A stretch of 64,000 nucleotides of DNA from a virus (Duplodnaviria > Caudoviricetes): positions 1 to 64,000 of the IMG/VR virus record IMGVR_UViG_2541047043_000003; one strand, 5' to 3'. This document shows, one piece after another, positions 29,480-40,842 of this stretch. The first letter of the stretch is position 1. Each line of letters starts with the position of its first letter. The position numbers were made by a program, and so were the translations under genes. The notes beneath the pieces were generated by a model. That model did not search any database. It saw only the letters and a list, made by a program, of their open reading frames with translations, and was not told where the DNA came from.

Positions 29480-30927
29480 TCGGTCCTTATTCCCTAGACC
29501 AATTAATCGAAATTAAAAAAGGGTTCGAAGCAAACACGGCTCAAAACGGCGCGGCTCCGTTTGTGGATTTTAATTCTTCGGGTGCAACGCTTTCCATGCA
29601 ACTACTTGACAAAGTGGAAGTCGCTTTGGTGTCCACGGACAAGGACTTTAAGTTTTTAAAAGAAGTACCGAGAAGAGCCATCACTCAGACGCTTGCAGAA
29701 TACAACCGCTACAAATCACACGGTGGCGGGTGGTACCATACGTCCAATATTGGACAATCCGAAGAGCCTAGTTTTCGAGACGCACAACTAGAACGTCTGT
29801 ATAACGAAGTCAATTACAGCGCGGAAGGATTCTCTTTTAATAAAGTAGTCGATACGGTAACAAATGCCCAGGACCCGGAACTGATTCAATCCAACGCCGC
29901 ACTCAGGCGCGCAATGGAGAATCAGATGAGACGTATTTGGTTTGGAAATAAAAAACACAACCGAAACGAACAGGACGGTTTTGAAACGGTCGCCAAAAAA
30001 CTAGGAAAAGAATTTTTTACGGATTGTAGGGGTGCGTTACCCGCAATCGATCAAATGAAATATGTGACTTCCAAAGTCAGGACCAAATATTTCGGTCTCG
30101 TAAACTACGTAAAAATGCACCCGTCCACAAAAGCACTCTACGACCAAAATTTTGATCGTAACGGTTCCGGGATGGTCTTGCAAAATAACAGTTATTCTCC
30201 TTCAAACACTTCTCTTTCCAATATCGTCTATGGCGTTGCGGACTCGAACGCTAAAGACAATATGATTATTTTTGACGACGATATCTGGCTCGACCGTCAT
30301 AGTTGGGGAGTACCTCAAAGGCTCGATCACAACGGAAATATGGTCGAAGGCGCGACAAGCGACAAGGAATCTCCTTCTACACCAAGCCTTTCAGTATCCG
30401 TAATTCCTTCCGTTCCGAATTCGTTATTTACGGGTTCGTATGTCGGAGACTACAACTACAGAGTTTGCGCGGGGACTCTAAGACACTTTTCGGCCGCTTG
30501 TCCGGAGGTAAACGTTTCGATTCCGAATGGAGGTGCCTCGGAACTTACGATTACACCGGGAGTCGGTGGAATACCGGAAACAAGATACGTGATACTTCGG
30601 GATACGACCCCGGATTCAAATCTACTTCTGTATATGCGGACAGTTGAAAGAAACTTAGTCGGTGCTACGACGATTATTCAGGATCTTAACGAGGATTTAC
30701 CCGGTACTACAATTATGGTTCAGGGAGATTTTAACTCAAAGTCGTCAAGCGACGAAACAAGAACTTTGGTGTTGTCCGAGCTTCTTCCGTATACCAAAAC
30801 CTTATTTCCCTACGGTGCGGGAGGTGTATTAAGGACGCGAGTCGGAATCGTCGAAAACTACAGCGCACTTCAAGAGTTAGCACCCGAGAAGTTCCACGTA
30901 TTCACGAACGTTCCCGTAAGACTTTAG
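29476..30927 (+). CDS. Major capsid protein, SPO1/Twort-like
   Basis: GATLSMQLLD...DFKFLKEVP...TLAEYN...HG, QDPELIQ..AAL...IWFG, EQDG resemble Herelleviridae-type capsids. Confidence 0.85.
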   Translation: MIGPYSLDQLIEIKKGFEANTAQNGAAPFVDFNSSGATLSMQLLDKVEVALVSTDKDFKFLKEVPRRAITQTLAEYNRYKSHGGGWYHTSNIGQSEEPSFRDAQLERLYNEVNYSAEGFSFNKVVDTVTNAQDPELIQSNAALRRAMENQMRRIWFGNKKHNRNEQDGFETVAKKLGKEFFTDCRGALPAIDQMKYVTSKVRTKYFGLVNYVKMHPSTKALYDQNFDRNGSGMVLQNNSYSPSNTSLSNIVYGVADSNAKDNMIIFDDDIWLDRHSWGVPQRLDHNGNMVEGATSDKESPSTPSLSVSVIPSVPNSLFTGSYVGDYNYRVCAGTLRHFSAACPEVNVSIPNGGASELTITPGVGGIPETRYVILRDTTPDSNLLLYMRTVERNLVGATTIIQDLNEDLPGTTIMVQGDFNSKSSSDETRTLVLSELLPYTKTLFPYGAGGVLRTRVGIVENYSALQELAPEKFHVFTNVPVRL

Positions 30928-30960
30928 AATTATCTAATACGTTTATTCTCCTTACTTTAG

Positions 30961-30984
30961 AGGGTGAGTAATCACCCTTTTTTT
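30961..30984 (+). terminator. Intrinsic terminator after the capsid gene
   Basis: AGGGTGA-gtaa-TCACCCT followed by a T-run. Confidence 0.7.
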
Positions 30985-30986
30985 AA

Positions 30987-31730
30987 ATGGCAAATTTCGA
31001 ATCGTTATACGCAAAAGGAAAGTTTCCAAGAACAAGATTTCTTTTGGAAAAAATCGCGGTTTCTGCAAAAGACTCCTGGACTCACAACACACTGAGTGCA
31101 AAACCCGCTTGGTGGGGAAAAATGGCGATGTCCAACCGTACAGGCGGGGGAGGTGGGATTTTAATTAAAAAAATTCCGGGAGGATATCAAGTCTTTCATC
31201 CGAATAAGGGAAAATACAATTATATGGCGGTGATTGAAAGGGGTAGAAGACGTTACGATATGCGTCCGGCTTTACTCGGAGGAAGTCGCGCACGTATGGG
31301 TGAAAACGGTCCTTATGTAATCGTCCCGGTCACTAAAAACGAAAATAAAACTCCCGTTTCTCCAAAAAACAATTCGATCAATTCCGTTATTATAAAGACC
31401 GGTTCTTTTAAGGAAGAAAACGCGCACGGTAAACTTGTAACCAGGAATAGATACAAATACAGACAAGACCCCGGAATGACCGGTCGCGGAAACGTATTTG
31501 CAAGCGAACAGGTTTACAAAAACGGGCATGTGCAGAGATCTTTTGTAAAATTTGTGGTAGTAACCGAAAGAAGTACGGATTTTTTTCAATCCGTGATACC
31601 GGCGCAAAGGGTTTTAGGTCGAGTAAAAGAAGACGTTAATCGCGCTCTAAAATCAAAACAATTAAAATCGGCCGTAGCCTTGGATACGAAGGATTTAATA
31701 AGTGAGCTATTAAGTAAGAAAAGAAAATGA
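30987..31730 (+). CDS. Probable neck/tail-completion protein
   Basis: IE.G...YDMRPALL....R....GPYVIVP motif common in myovirus neck proteins. Confidence 0.55.
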   Translation: MANFESLYAKGKFPRTRFLLEKIAVSAKDSWTHNTLSAKPAWWGKMAMSNRTGGGGGILIKKIPGGYQVFHPNKGKYNYMAVIERGRRRYDMRPALLGGSRARMGENGPYVIVPVTKNENKTPVSPKNNSINSVIIKTGSFKEENAHGKLVTRNRYKYRQDPGMTGRGNVFASEQVYKNGHVQRSFVKFVVVTERSTDFFQSVIPAQRVLGRVKEDVNRALKSKQLKSAVALDTKDLISELLSKKRK

Positions 31731-31802
31731 AATTTTACTTTCGAAAACGATTTGAAATATTGATATACAAAAAAATAAGACTTTCCTTAATCTAAACGGT
31801 AA

Positions 31803-32753
<951 letters not shown>

Positions 32754-32762
32754 GGGAACTTT

Positions 32763-32939
32763 ATGACTACCGCAGAGAGACTGAGAGAAGAAGGCAAGAT
32801 TGAGGGAGAACTCAAAGGTAAAATCGAAGGCAAAATCGAAGACGCTCGCAATATGCTTTCGGAGAGAATCGACCTAAACGTCGTTCTTCGAGTCACGGGC
32901 CTTACTGAAAAAGAACTTAAAGATCACGGAGTCATTTAG
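32763..32939 (+). CDS. Stand-alone second RpnS copy (58 aa), not in the ORF track
   Basis: Near-identical duplicate of 32553-32753 with two fewer 12-bp GKIE units; own AAGGGA RBS; intact ATG-TAG. Confidence 0.75.
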   Translation: MTTAERLREEGKIEGELKGKIEGKIEDARNMLSERIDLNVVLRVTGLTEKELKDHGVI

Positions 32940-33028
32940 GGAACGATCGGCCCTAAATAAAATCCTTCCTATCCCGCAAAAAATAACACCCTTTCCGATT
33001 CTTTTTTTTCCTTATTCTTTTCTCTTAA

Positions 33029-33826
33029 ATGGACGCAAATTTAAGAGAAGATGACATTCGCAAACAAGACGGACGGGACAAAGGTCTTGTATTAATCACG
33101 TATCCCGCTCCACCCGAAGACGTGGTAGTCGATTATTTTAGAATCAACATTCCCCTGACAGGACTTGAATACAGAAATATAAACGTACCGATAGAGCACG
33201 GACACCCTTTGTATCAAGAAGGAATATCCACAAAAGGTCCGAATACTAAATTTCCGAAAATCGGAATCGAATGCGCGACTGAAAAACACACTCAGTTTTT
33301 AGGATTAAACGAATTACATTTTGAAAATTCAGAAAAGTTTTTGGAGTATTTAAAAAAAATCTCAGAACTCCCCGAAAGCAGACGAATCGCTTCCAAATCT
33401 TTTTTAGACGAGTTTTCTAACAAAAAATACTTCCAACAGTTTCAATTCACTTGCGAGTCGGACGTAATTATCACCGGGTTTGTAACCGGTGCAGCCGGAA
33501 GAAACACAAACAAGTTTCTCTATGACTCCGCACTCGCTACAACTCTCCTACTCGCAAACGATTTACCCGTAATGTATCCGGGACTGACCGTATTTCTACC
33601 CGAAGACACGGAACCAAATCTAACAACGACCGATTTTTCAGAACCGTTCTGGGGATTTGAAATAAAATTAAAAATCGTACAAACAAAATCGATTTTTAGA
33701 ACCAAACCCGCATTTCTTTTTCCCGATATTAAAACCTTTGACGTATCTTTAACGCGAAGCCGCACCCGATTCGAAGGTCGATTCGCTTTAAAGGACAAAC
33801 AAGGTGGAACCGGAATTAAATCTTAA
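33029..33826 (+). CDS. Probable tail terminator/completion protein
   Basis: Position upstream of the sheath gene; FP.I.I motif. Confidence 0.5.
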   Translation: MDANLREDDIRKQDGRDKGLVLITYPAPPEDVVVDYFRINIPLTGLEYRNINVPIEHGHPLYQEGISTKGPNTKFPKIGIECATEKHTQFLGLNELHFENSEKFLEYLKKISELPESRRIASKSFLDEFSNKKYFQQFQFTCESDVIITGFVTGAAGRNTNKFLYDSALATTLLLANDLPVMYPGLTVFLPEDTEPNLTTTDFSEPFWGFEIKLKIVQTKSIFRTKPAFLFPDIKTFDVSLTRSRTRFEGRFALKDKQGGTGIKS

Positions 33827-34016
33827 AGGAAAAGAAAAAAATTCATCTTCAAACAAGAACCAGACTCCCGAAGAGTTTCTACTAAAAAAAGAAACTCAAC
33901 TAGGTAAAACGATAACCCCGCGCTTTCGGGAATATTTTTACCGGGAACTAAAAAGAGTCTCAAACCGAACTTTCGAAGACGTTTGGGAGGCCGTAAATGG
34001 GAACACGCGAGCCTGA
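33804..34016 (+). CDS. Small hypothetical virion-module protein
   Basis: Overlaps both neighbours; small pre-sheath gene typical of this module type. Confidence 0.5.
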   Translation: MEPELNLKGKEKNSSSNKNQTPEEFLLKKETQLGKTITPRFREYFYRELKRVSNRTFEDVWEAVNGNTRA

Positions 34017-35808
34017 GTTTTTAGGACGCGGATATATTCAACCCGGAGCGCGCGGTGCGTTTAGAACCAAACCCCAAAGTGCCGGAATCTCCCCCGACTT
34101 AAGCACCCTCATTTTAATCGGACCTTCCGACAACGGATACGACACAAACGACCAAACATTACACGTAACAAAACGAGTATTGGAACTGGGAAGCTCCGAC
34201 GAAGCGAGGTCGGTTCTTTACTCGGGCGACTTAGCCGATGCGGTAATAAACGCATTTTCGCCTTCCAAAGATTCACGATTTGCAAACGGGCCTCAAACCA
34301 TCAAAGCGTTAAATATATCTCCGAACGTTTCCGCAAGCGCACAAGCACCCACAAACGTATCAGGAATATTGAATACGATTAAAGCCACCGTACCGGGACC
34401 GAAAGGAAATCAGATTCGTTTTAGAATCACAAACAACGGAAGTATCATCCAAGTGGGGGATAGCGATCAAATCGTAACCTCTCAAACGATCGAAGCAAAC
34501 GAAATCAGGATACAATACTCAGGAAACGCGGGAGCTGCAAACCTAACGTTTAACGGAATAGAATTACGAGTCACGTTATCAGGAACCCCTGCAACGGACA
34601 CGAGTCGAGATTTGGTCGCCTTGGTAAAAGACTACGAAACTCTATCGGAACTGGTTGCGTATATTTCCAGTCAAAACGGATATAGCGCGGTTTTGTTGTC
34701 GCAACCCGATCGTAAAACTTACCACCTAGATTACATATCCGCAACAGACGCGGTGGATATAAAAACTCAAAACTTCACCCTAAAATCTCTTCTCCACCAG
34801 CAAGAAACTTTTTTTCTCTCAAACGGACTCGCTGAAATTGTCGCAACTTTGGAGAGAAAACCCCTTTCGGATATGGCTAGTTTTACGTATCTCACGGGCG
34901 GAAGAACGGGAGTCGTAACGACGAAAGCGTATTTAGATGCGATTGATACCGTATTTGAAACCGAGATTGCAAAAGGATTTTACGTCAACGTCTGCACTTC
35001 CATCGAACCGGTAAGACTTTATTTAGCCGACAAACTCTCAATCGGGAATTCAGCCGAAGGCTCGGATGAAAGATTCGGTGGAGCTGGACTTGATTTAGAC
35101 AAGTCAATCGATGCGAGGATTGACGATATAAAGACGACGAATTCGGAATATATGGTACTCGGACTTTCTCCTGTTACGAGATACAAAGCAGACAGAGTCA
35201 ATTTAAAAACATATCCGGGTTGGATGTTATCGGTACTGCACAACGCAATCAAGGCGGCGGCAAACGTAAGAGAGACGGTAACATACAAGGATTTGAATAT
35301 AGTAGACGCGCCCGAAATTCTTTCCAAAACACAAATTAAAAAAGTATTAAGAGCGGGCGGACTTGTAGTCACAAGAAAACCGAATAGCGGACCGTTTAAA
35401 ATCGAACTCGCGCTTACCAGTTATCAGGCCCAAAACCTAATCAAAAACCAGGCATCAACGGTTTGTACAGCGTTAGCTTTGGTAAAAGATTTTAGGGAAT
35501 GGTTAAATGTTACCTTTACGGGAGAGGTACCGACAGATCCAAACGCACTCGGAACCAATTTAACGGACGCGGACATTCGAACCGCTGTAACACAACGATT
35601 TCGTAATGTATATATTCGCCAATACGGCTGGCTGACTCGAAACATCTACACCGGCGAAGACGCATTTGACGAAAACTTCGAAATACGACGCGACGGAGAC
35701 GTAGCGTATTTCGTATTCCCCGACGGTAAAATCGTAACTCCGATCAATTACATGTTCTTTCTCTTAAACTTAGACGTCGTTCGCGGTGCTGCAACGGGAG
35801 GAAATTAA
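33997..35808 (+). CDS. Contractile tail sheath protein
   Basis: YIQPGA, LIG...G, SGDLADA, PG.KGN.I, YLTGG..G; 603 aa, followed by tube gene. Confidence 0.88.
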   Translation: MGTREPEFLGRGYIQPGARGAFRTKPQSAGISPDLSTLILIGPSDNGYDTNDQTLHVTKRVLELGSSDEARSVLYSGDLADAVINAFSPSKDSRFANGPQTIKALNISPNVSASAQAPTNVSGILNTIKATVPGPKGNQIRFRITNNGSIIQVGDSDQIVTSQTIEANEIRIQYSGNAGAANLTFNGIELRVTLSGTPATDTSRDLVALVKDYETLSELVAYISSQNGYSAVLLSQPDRKTYHLDYISATDAVDIKTQNFTLKSLLHQQETFFLSNGLAEIVATLERKPLSDMASFTYLTGGRTGVVTTKAYLDAIDTVFETEIAKGFYVNVCTSIEPVRLYLADKLSIGNSAEGSDERFGGAGLDLDKSIDARIDDIKTTNSEYMVLGLSPVTRYKADRVNLKTYPGWMLSVLHNAIKAAANVRETVTYKDLNIVDAPEILSKTQIKKVLRAGGLVVTRKPNSGPFKIELALTSYQAQNLIKNQASTVCTALALVKDFREWLNVTFTGEVPTDPNALGTNLTDADIRTAVTQRFRNVYIRQYGWLTRNIYTGEDAFDENFEIRRDGDVAYFVFPDGKIVTPINYMFFLLNLDVVRGAATGGN

Positions 35809-35810
35809 AC

Positions 35811-36242
35811 ATGGCAAAAAGTTCAAAACCGAATCCAAGAGTACTCACCGGAAACGACGCAATCGTTAAAATCAACGGACAATCCGTCGGGTTTATGAAA
35901 TCTTTGCGAGTAAATATAAACAACAATCAAGGAAGAATTCAAGCGATCGGAAAAAGAAAACCGAAAGGACTTAAATCCCTCGACTGGCAAGGAACGGCGT
36001 CGGGAGAGTTCCATATATTGACAGTACCAACCGATGGGGTCGTAGTAATCGATACGTATGACGATGACAACGCGGACGACTTGTACGATATTTTAGTTTT
36101 AGACAAAAAAAGCGGGAAACGAGTGGGACTCTTAACGGGGGGAGTGAACACAGAAGGGTTTAGTATTCAAAATAACGAAATGAGTGGAAGGGAAATTGAA
36201 TTCGAACTCGTGGATTGGGAACCGATGGAGGCATTTAACTAA
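35811..36242 (+). CDS. Tail tube protein
   Basis: VLTGN.AIVKING..VG...IG motif; follows sheath. Confidence 0.85.
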   Translation: MAKSSKPNPRVLTGNDAIVKINGQSVGFMKSLRVNINNNQGRIQAIGKRKPKGLKSLDWQGTASGEFHILTVPTDGVVVIDTYDDDNADDLYDILVLDKKSGKRVGLLTGGVNTEGFSIQNNEMSGREIEFELVDWEPMEAFN

Positions 36243-36523
36243 AACGTAATACGTCTATTTTTTTAATGAATTTTATCGATATATATTTGGCTGTTATATA
36301 AAGCAAGGGCTACCCCTTTCGAAGTAGCCCCGCACCCTACACGTTACCATAGGGGGATATACTTTAAAAGCGTCGTCGTAGAAAGGAAATTTGTAAAGTA
36401 AAAATTGTATCGATACAATCATGCTAAAAAAATGAAACGGTTCGGCCCCAAATATAGAATAACGACCCTAACTATATACACTTCACATTCTCCGATAACA
36501 ACATTTCAATTAAAATCTCGAAT

Positions 36524-37177
36524 ATGAGAATTCTGGAACCAAATAAACGAGTCACACTTTCGGCGAAATACGAAAGTGAAAGTTATTCTTTCGAGGCGGA
36601 CATTGCAGATCCGAGTACGGAGCTTGATATAGAGATAGGAGTAGCGAAACGATTGGGAGGTGCGTCCTTAGAATCGATTCCAAATACGACGTACGGTTAT
36701 ATATTTGCGATAACGACCCTCGATCACGTAATTAAAGAGATACCGCCCGACTTTCCGATCGAAGAGATAGTTTCGTTTGAACAAATACGAGACAAAGAAT
36801 TCGTATTAAGACTATTTAATGAATATAAGAAGAAAGAAAACTGGTTTCGATCGGAGTTAAAAAAAAATAGGGACGCTCGACGCACTCTCAAACGAAAAGA
36901 ACCTGCTCGATCTTTTTTTAATGAAGGAGTTTCAAATTCTACCGAAGGGGGTAAGGCATCTGGGGAATCTATTTCTAGAACAAAAGAGGTTTTTGCTGGA
37001 GGCGACGTCGAGAGTGGATCTAACGAGTTTAAAGACCAAAACTCGACTATTGTCGGAGAAAAAACAAGTGGAGAGGATGAAATCGGAGGAGTTTTTAACG
37101 AACATAAGCCCGACGCTGATTCGTATCCTGGAAGAAGAGGCAGGGTTTTCACAAGAACAGATCCACGCGCAAGGTGA
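36524..37177 (+). CDS. Tail assembly chaperone (zero-frame product)
   Basis: Between tube and tape measure; A9 run at 36859-36867. Confidence 0.7.
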   Translation: MRILEPNKRVTLSAKYESESYSFEADIADPSTELDIEIGVAKRLGGASLESIPNTTYGYIFAITTLDHVIKEIPPDFPIEEIVSFEQIRDKEFVLRLFNEYKKKENWFRSELKKNRDARRTLKRKEPARSFFNEGVSNSTEGGKASGESISRTKEVFAGGDVESGSNEFKDQNSTIVGEKTSGEDEIGGVFNEHKPDADSYPGRRGRVFTRTDPRAR

Positions 37178-37238
37178 ACAAAAAAGGGAAGAGATTTTGA
37201 AACGAATCGATGACGAATTAAAAATACATGGCCTCTGA
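36861..37238 (+). CDS. Tail assembly chaperone frameshift extension (+1 frame)
   Basis: +1 frame opens inside the A9 run; LFLMKEFQILP...L..EQ resembles the second chaperone ORF of SPO1/Twort-like phages. Confidence 0.65.
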   Translation, partial: KKIGTLDALSNEKNLLDLFLMKEFQILPKGVRHLGNLFLEQKRFLLEATSRVDLTSLKTKTRLLSEKKQVERMKSEEFLTNISPTLIRILEEEAGFSQEQIHAQGEQKREEILKRIDDELKIHGL

Positions 37239-38910
37239 ATCCTTAGAAATAAAAGTACACGCAAAACCCGATTTTAAGGAAGTCGATCAAGGTTTTGATC
37301 GAATCGCCAAAAAATTTAAAAAAGGATTCTCTCTTTTTGGAAGTGGCGCGGGTGGAAGTGAAGACCAAAATTCAAAAAACAAAAAATCAAAAAAGAAAAG
37401 AAAACTAGAGGCCGCTTCCAAATACGCGGGGGGAAGTGCGTACGCGTCGAAAATCGGTGCCGACGGATCGGATTTAGACGAAACCGGCCACGGTGGATTT
37501 TACAATACTCTTGATAAAAAGATTTCAGCGGCTAAAGACCTGTTTTCGAAAAAGAAAAAAAAGAAAGAAGAAGACGAGGAAGAAAAGACTTCCTCGACAA
37601 AACCGGACTCATTCAAACAACTTCAGATCCAAAAATCGGAAATTAAAATCCAACACGCACATTTTGATAAAGGCGGGTTTGGAGGACTTGGGGGAAGCGG
37701 TGGAAATACAAATCCAAGTGAAGCGGGAGAAAGCGGAGGCGGCCTTAAATCCAAATTTCTTTCCGCTTTAGGTGCGACAATTCCGATCGCCGGAGCCGCG
37801 TTTGCAGTTGCGGGTGGGGTATTAAAAACAATCTCAGCAATCGGAGAACAGTACCACGCTTCCATGCAATCGCAAGCGTCTACAATCGGAGCCACAGGCG
37901 GATACGTGGGAGGAGGGGGAGGTTATTTTTCCAACTCGGAACTTGCACAAGCAAACGTATTTAAAAGTAGAGTGAGTGGGGAAAGTATATACCAAAAAGG
38001 TAATTTAATAGATTCAAATACGATTCAGTTTGCGGCGTCTCAAGGAAAGGGAATTGCAGACGTAGTTAAGGAACTGGAGACGATTCGAAAAGATTCAAAA
38101 AATGCGGATTTAGGATATTTAAGGGGAGGAGCGGCCGCTTCAGGGTTTACAGGACTTAGACAATCCGAATATATATCGAAACTTGCATCAATTTCTGAAA
38201 ATTTAAGAAACAAAGGCTTTTCCGGCGACATTTCCGATTTTGCAAAATTTTCATCCGGATTCAATAGAAACGATTCCAAAATGGACCCTTCCAGACGAAT
38301 GGCTCTCGCGGAAGACCTTTCCAACCAAGGAAGAAGTGGAGCGTTTGGAGGCGGAATTTTCGGTTCTCTCTCTATGAGTCATGCACTCGGAGCAAACGGA
38401 GGGGATATTTTTAAAGCGATAGAGGAGTCGGAACTAAGTCCCGGAAAATACATGTCGTCCGCGCTTTCAAGTCTTGATCCAAAAACAAGAGGACTTGTTC
38501 ACAAATTACAGGGTGGAAGTTTTTCGGAAATGTCGAATATGAGTTTCGGGTACAAAAACTTTTCATCCGACAATTCTCGAATAAGCGCGGGATACAATAA
38601 GGGTCTAGAATTAGATAACCGAAAAAAAGAAACTTTTGCTTCGGACGTAGGAGCGCAAGCCGCCGAAGTTGGGTACAACTTAAATACGGCGATGATTCAA
38701 GTTTTTAAAGAAAATAAAAATGCGATGCTTGGTTTGACTGAAGTCGTTTCGAATATAGAAACAAAACTTCTTCCGGTAGTATCCACTTCAATTACAGGAA
38801 TTGTCACGGGAGTAGAAAAGTTGTGCGAGTACTCAGAACCTGTTTTCGGAGCGATTTCCAAATTAATGTCATTTTCAAATCCGGCCGGTTTTTTAGTTCG
38901 TACCAAATAG
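37228..38910 (+). CDS. Tape measure protein
   Basis: Gly/Ala/Ser-rich helical protein after the chaperones. Confidence 0.75.
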   Translation: MASESLEIKVHAKPDFKEVDQGFDRIAKKFKKGFSLFGSGAGGSEDQNSKNKKSKKKRKLEAASKYAGGSAYASKIGADGSDLDETGHGGFYNTLDKKISAAKDLFSKKKKKKEEDEEEKTSSTKPDSFKQLQIQKSEIKIQHAHFDKGGFGGLGGSGGNTNPSEAGESGGGLKSKFLSALGATIPIAGAAFAVAGGVLKTISAIGEQYHASMQSQASTIGATGGYVGGGGGYFSNSELAQANVFKSRVSGESIYQKGNLIDSNTIQFAASQGKGIADVVKELETIRKDSKNADLGYLRGGAAASGFTGLRQSEYISKLASISENLRNKGFSGDISDFAKFSSGFNRNDSKMDPSRRMALAEDLSNQGRSGAFGGGIFGSLSMSHALGANGGDIFKAIEESELSPGKYMSSALSSLDPKTRGLVHKLQGGSFSEMSNMSFGYKNFSSDNSRISAGYNKGLELDNRKKETFASDVGAQAAEVGYNLNTAMIQVFKENKNAMLGLTEVVSNIETKLLPVVSTSITGIVTGVEKLCEYSEPVFGAISKLMSFSNPAGFLVRTK

Positions 38911-38947
38911 AAACTTCCGATTTTTAATTTCGTTTTAATCTTTCGAA

Positions 38948-39337
38948 ATGGAAATCCACCGAGTACTATTTCAATTATTCCAAAGAAACGGCGTCTCGAT
39001 TGAAAGAGAAGTAGAGGAGTTTGCCGCAGAGTTTCAAGTACAACAACCTCAAAAACTAACCAAAGCGTTTAAACAATCGGACAATTTGGTCGCGATTCCG
39101 ATTCCTTCCGGAATTGCGTTTAAATACGTATTGATCCTTGGCACATACCTTGCAGACGACACCGCAATCGGCGTAAAAAAAGGAGACCCCGCACCGATTG
39201 TAGTTCGACTAAACGGGTCCGCACAAGACCATCCTCTTCCTCAAGGCTTTATGACCTGGAGCGGCGGACTTAATTCTCTAAGAGTCGCAACTACGTATGA
39301 CACGAATCAAATACTCGTGGAAGTATATCTAGGATAA
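38948..39337 (+). CDS. Virion structural protein
   Basis: First gene of the fibre operon, preceded by the CCGAT promoter motif. Confidence 0.55.
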   Translation: MEIHRVLFQLFQRNGVSIEREVEEFAAEFQVQQPQKLTKAFKQSDNLVAIPIPSGIAFKYVLILGTYLADDTAIGVKKGDPAPIVVRLNGSAQDHPLPQGFMTWSGGLNSLRVATTYDTNQILVEVYLG

Positions 39338-40842
39338 TGAATGGCGTATTTCATTTCCTACTGAAAGGGATCGCAACCCAAGTTAGTTTCGGAAAAAAAG
39401 GACCGAGTTTAAAAGCGACACCTTCCGGATTTGAAGTACGTCTTCCGGACGACTCAGGACTTACGCACCTAAAAGTTGCAAGCCCGCTACAAGGAGACGA
39501 CGCGGTAAATCTAGATTGGGTAAGAAACGAAGTACTCGCAAATTGGAATACACCCGTTCAAAACCTGGAGGAACTTCGTAGAATTCCAGTACAAGAAAGA
39601 AGGGACAAACAAATCAGGGAAGTTGAAGACGAACTTACCCTCTACCAATTCGATTCAGAGTCTTTTGCCAATGTTCCCGATCCAGTCGATCCTTTACGCA
39701 CAATTCTTCCAAACGATTTAAACGTGCAAAGTCCCGGAAGATGGCTAAAAACGACAGCCCGTAATTCTCTTCATTCTCAACTCATCGGGTTATCTGCAAA
39801 CGACCATCCACAGTACGAACTTAGGTCCGAAAAAAATTTACCCGGCGGATATCCGGGACTCAGTACGGATTCAAATAACCCGGGAATTGAAATCCTTTCC
39901 GAAGAAACGGTAAGTGTTTTGAAGTCGGATGCTTCTCAAAGTAGAGAATATCTTTTACCGGATATCTCGGGGACGCTCGCACTCGATAACGTATTTTTAG
40001 GAGCAACTGAGCTTTCAAACGGAAACAAGGGACTCGTTCCGGCACCACAAGTTTTAGACAGAGAAAAGTTTTTGTCGGGAGACGGAAGCTGGAGAACAAA
40101 TTTCGGTTCTTTAAAGAACTCATCCGTTAAATCTTCCCCCTATACCGCCACCAAATACGAACGGGTTCTTTGCGACGTAACAAGCGGGGGGTTCCCTGTT
40201 TTTTTACCGCAAAATCCAAACGACAATATCGTAGTCGCAATATTAGACGTTTCTAATTTAGCAGGCACGAATCCGATCACACTCCTTCGAAACGGTGAAA
40301 AAATCGAAAACTTAGAAGAGGACTGGCAGCTTGATTTAGACGGAGGTTCGTTTGAACTTATCTACTCTTTAGAAAGAAGGAGTTGGTATTTTTTAGGAAC
40401 ACCCGCAACTTCCAATCTTGCTACGACAAACGGATTTTTAACTAACACTCCGACGTTTGAAGAAGTAAGCATCGCGCCTTCTGCAAGATCGGTTAAAGAA
40501 TATATCGAAGCCCAAAATATAGCGATCTTTCAACTGATTTCACAAATAGGTGTTTTTCTTTTCGGAGGTAATTTTGCGCCTCAAGGAACGATGAAAAAGA
40601 ACGCATTTTTCGAAGGAACGACAAACGGAAGCGGTCAATGTATTATCAACACCGGTCTTTCCAATTCCATCCTCGCCGTTTTTGCATGCGTTTCGGATAA
40701 CGCGGGTAAATGGTATTTTCTTCCGCCTTCGGGAACTACAGCCGCCGGGTATTTCGACAATCAAGGATACGTTACAATTCAGTTTACGGGAAGCTCTACA
40801 TTTTATAACCGGAATGTTCGTATCGTGGTTGAATACAAATGA
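39337..40842 (+). CDS. Tail fibre-like protein
   Basis: DAVNL.W, DHPQY, GLVPAP...KFL.GDGSW, V.CD.TSGGF.V.LP..P fibre motifs. Confidence 0.75.
   Translation: MNGVFHFLLKGIATQVSFGKKGPSLKATPSGFEVRLPDDSGLTHLKVASPLQGDDAVNLDWVRNEVLANWNTPVQNLEELRRIPVQERRDKQIREVEDELTLYQFDSESFANVPDPVDPLRTILPNDLNVQSPGRWLKTTARNSLHSQLIGLSANDHPQYELRSEKNLPGGYPGLSTDSNNPGIEILSEETVSVLKSDASQSREYLLPDISGTLALDNVFLGATELSNGNKGLVPAPQVLDREKFLSGDGSWRTNFGSLKNSSVKSSPYTATKYERVLCDVTSGGFPVFLPQNPNDNIVVAILDVSNLAGTNPITLLRNGEKIENLEEDWQLDLDGGSFELIYSLERRSWYFLGTPATSNLATTNGFLTNTPTFEEVSIAPSARSVKEYIEAQNIAIFQLISQIGVFLFGGNFAPQGTMKKNAFFEGTTNGSGQCIINTGLSNSILAVFACVSDNAGKWYFLPPSGTTAAGYFDNQGYVTIQFTGSSTFYNRNVRIVVEYK

Noticed and set aside
36844-36860. TTT CGA as the +1 shift site of the tail chaperone
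   Set aside because: The +1 frame hits TAA at 36858-36860 before the A-run, so any shift must occur within the A9 tract.
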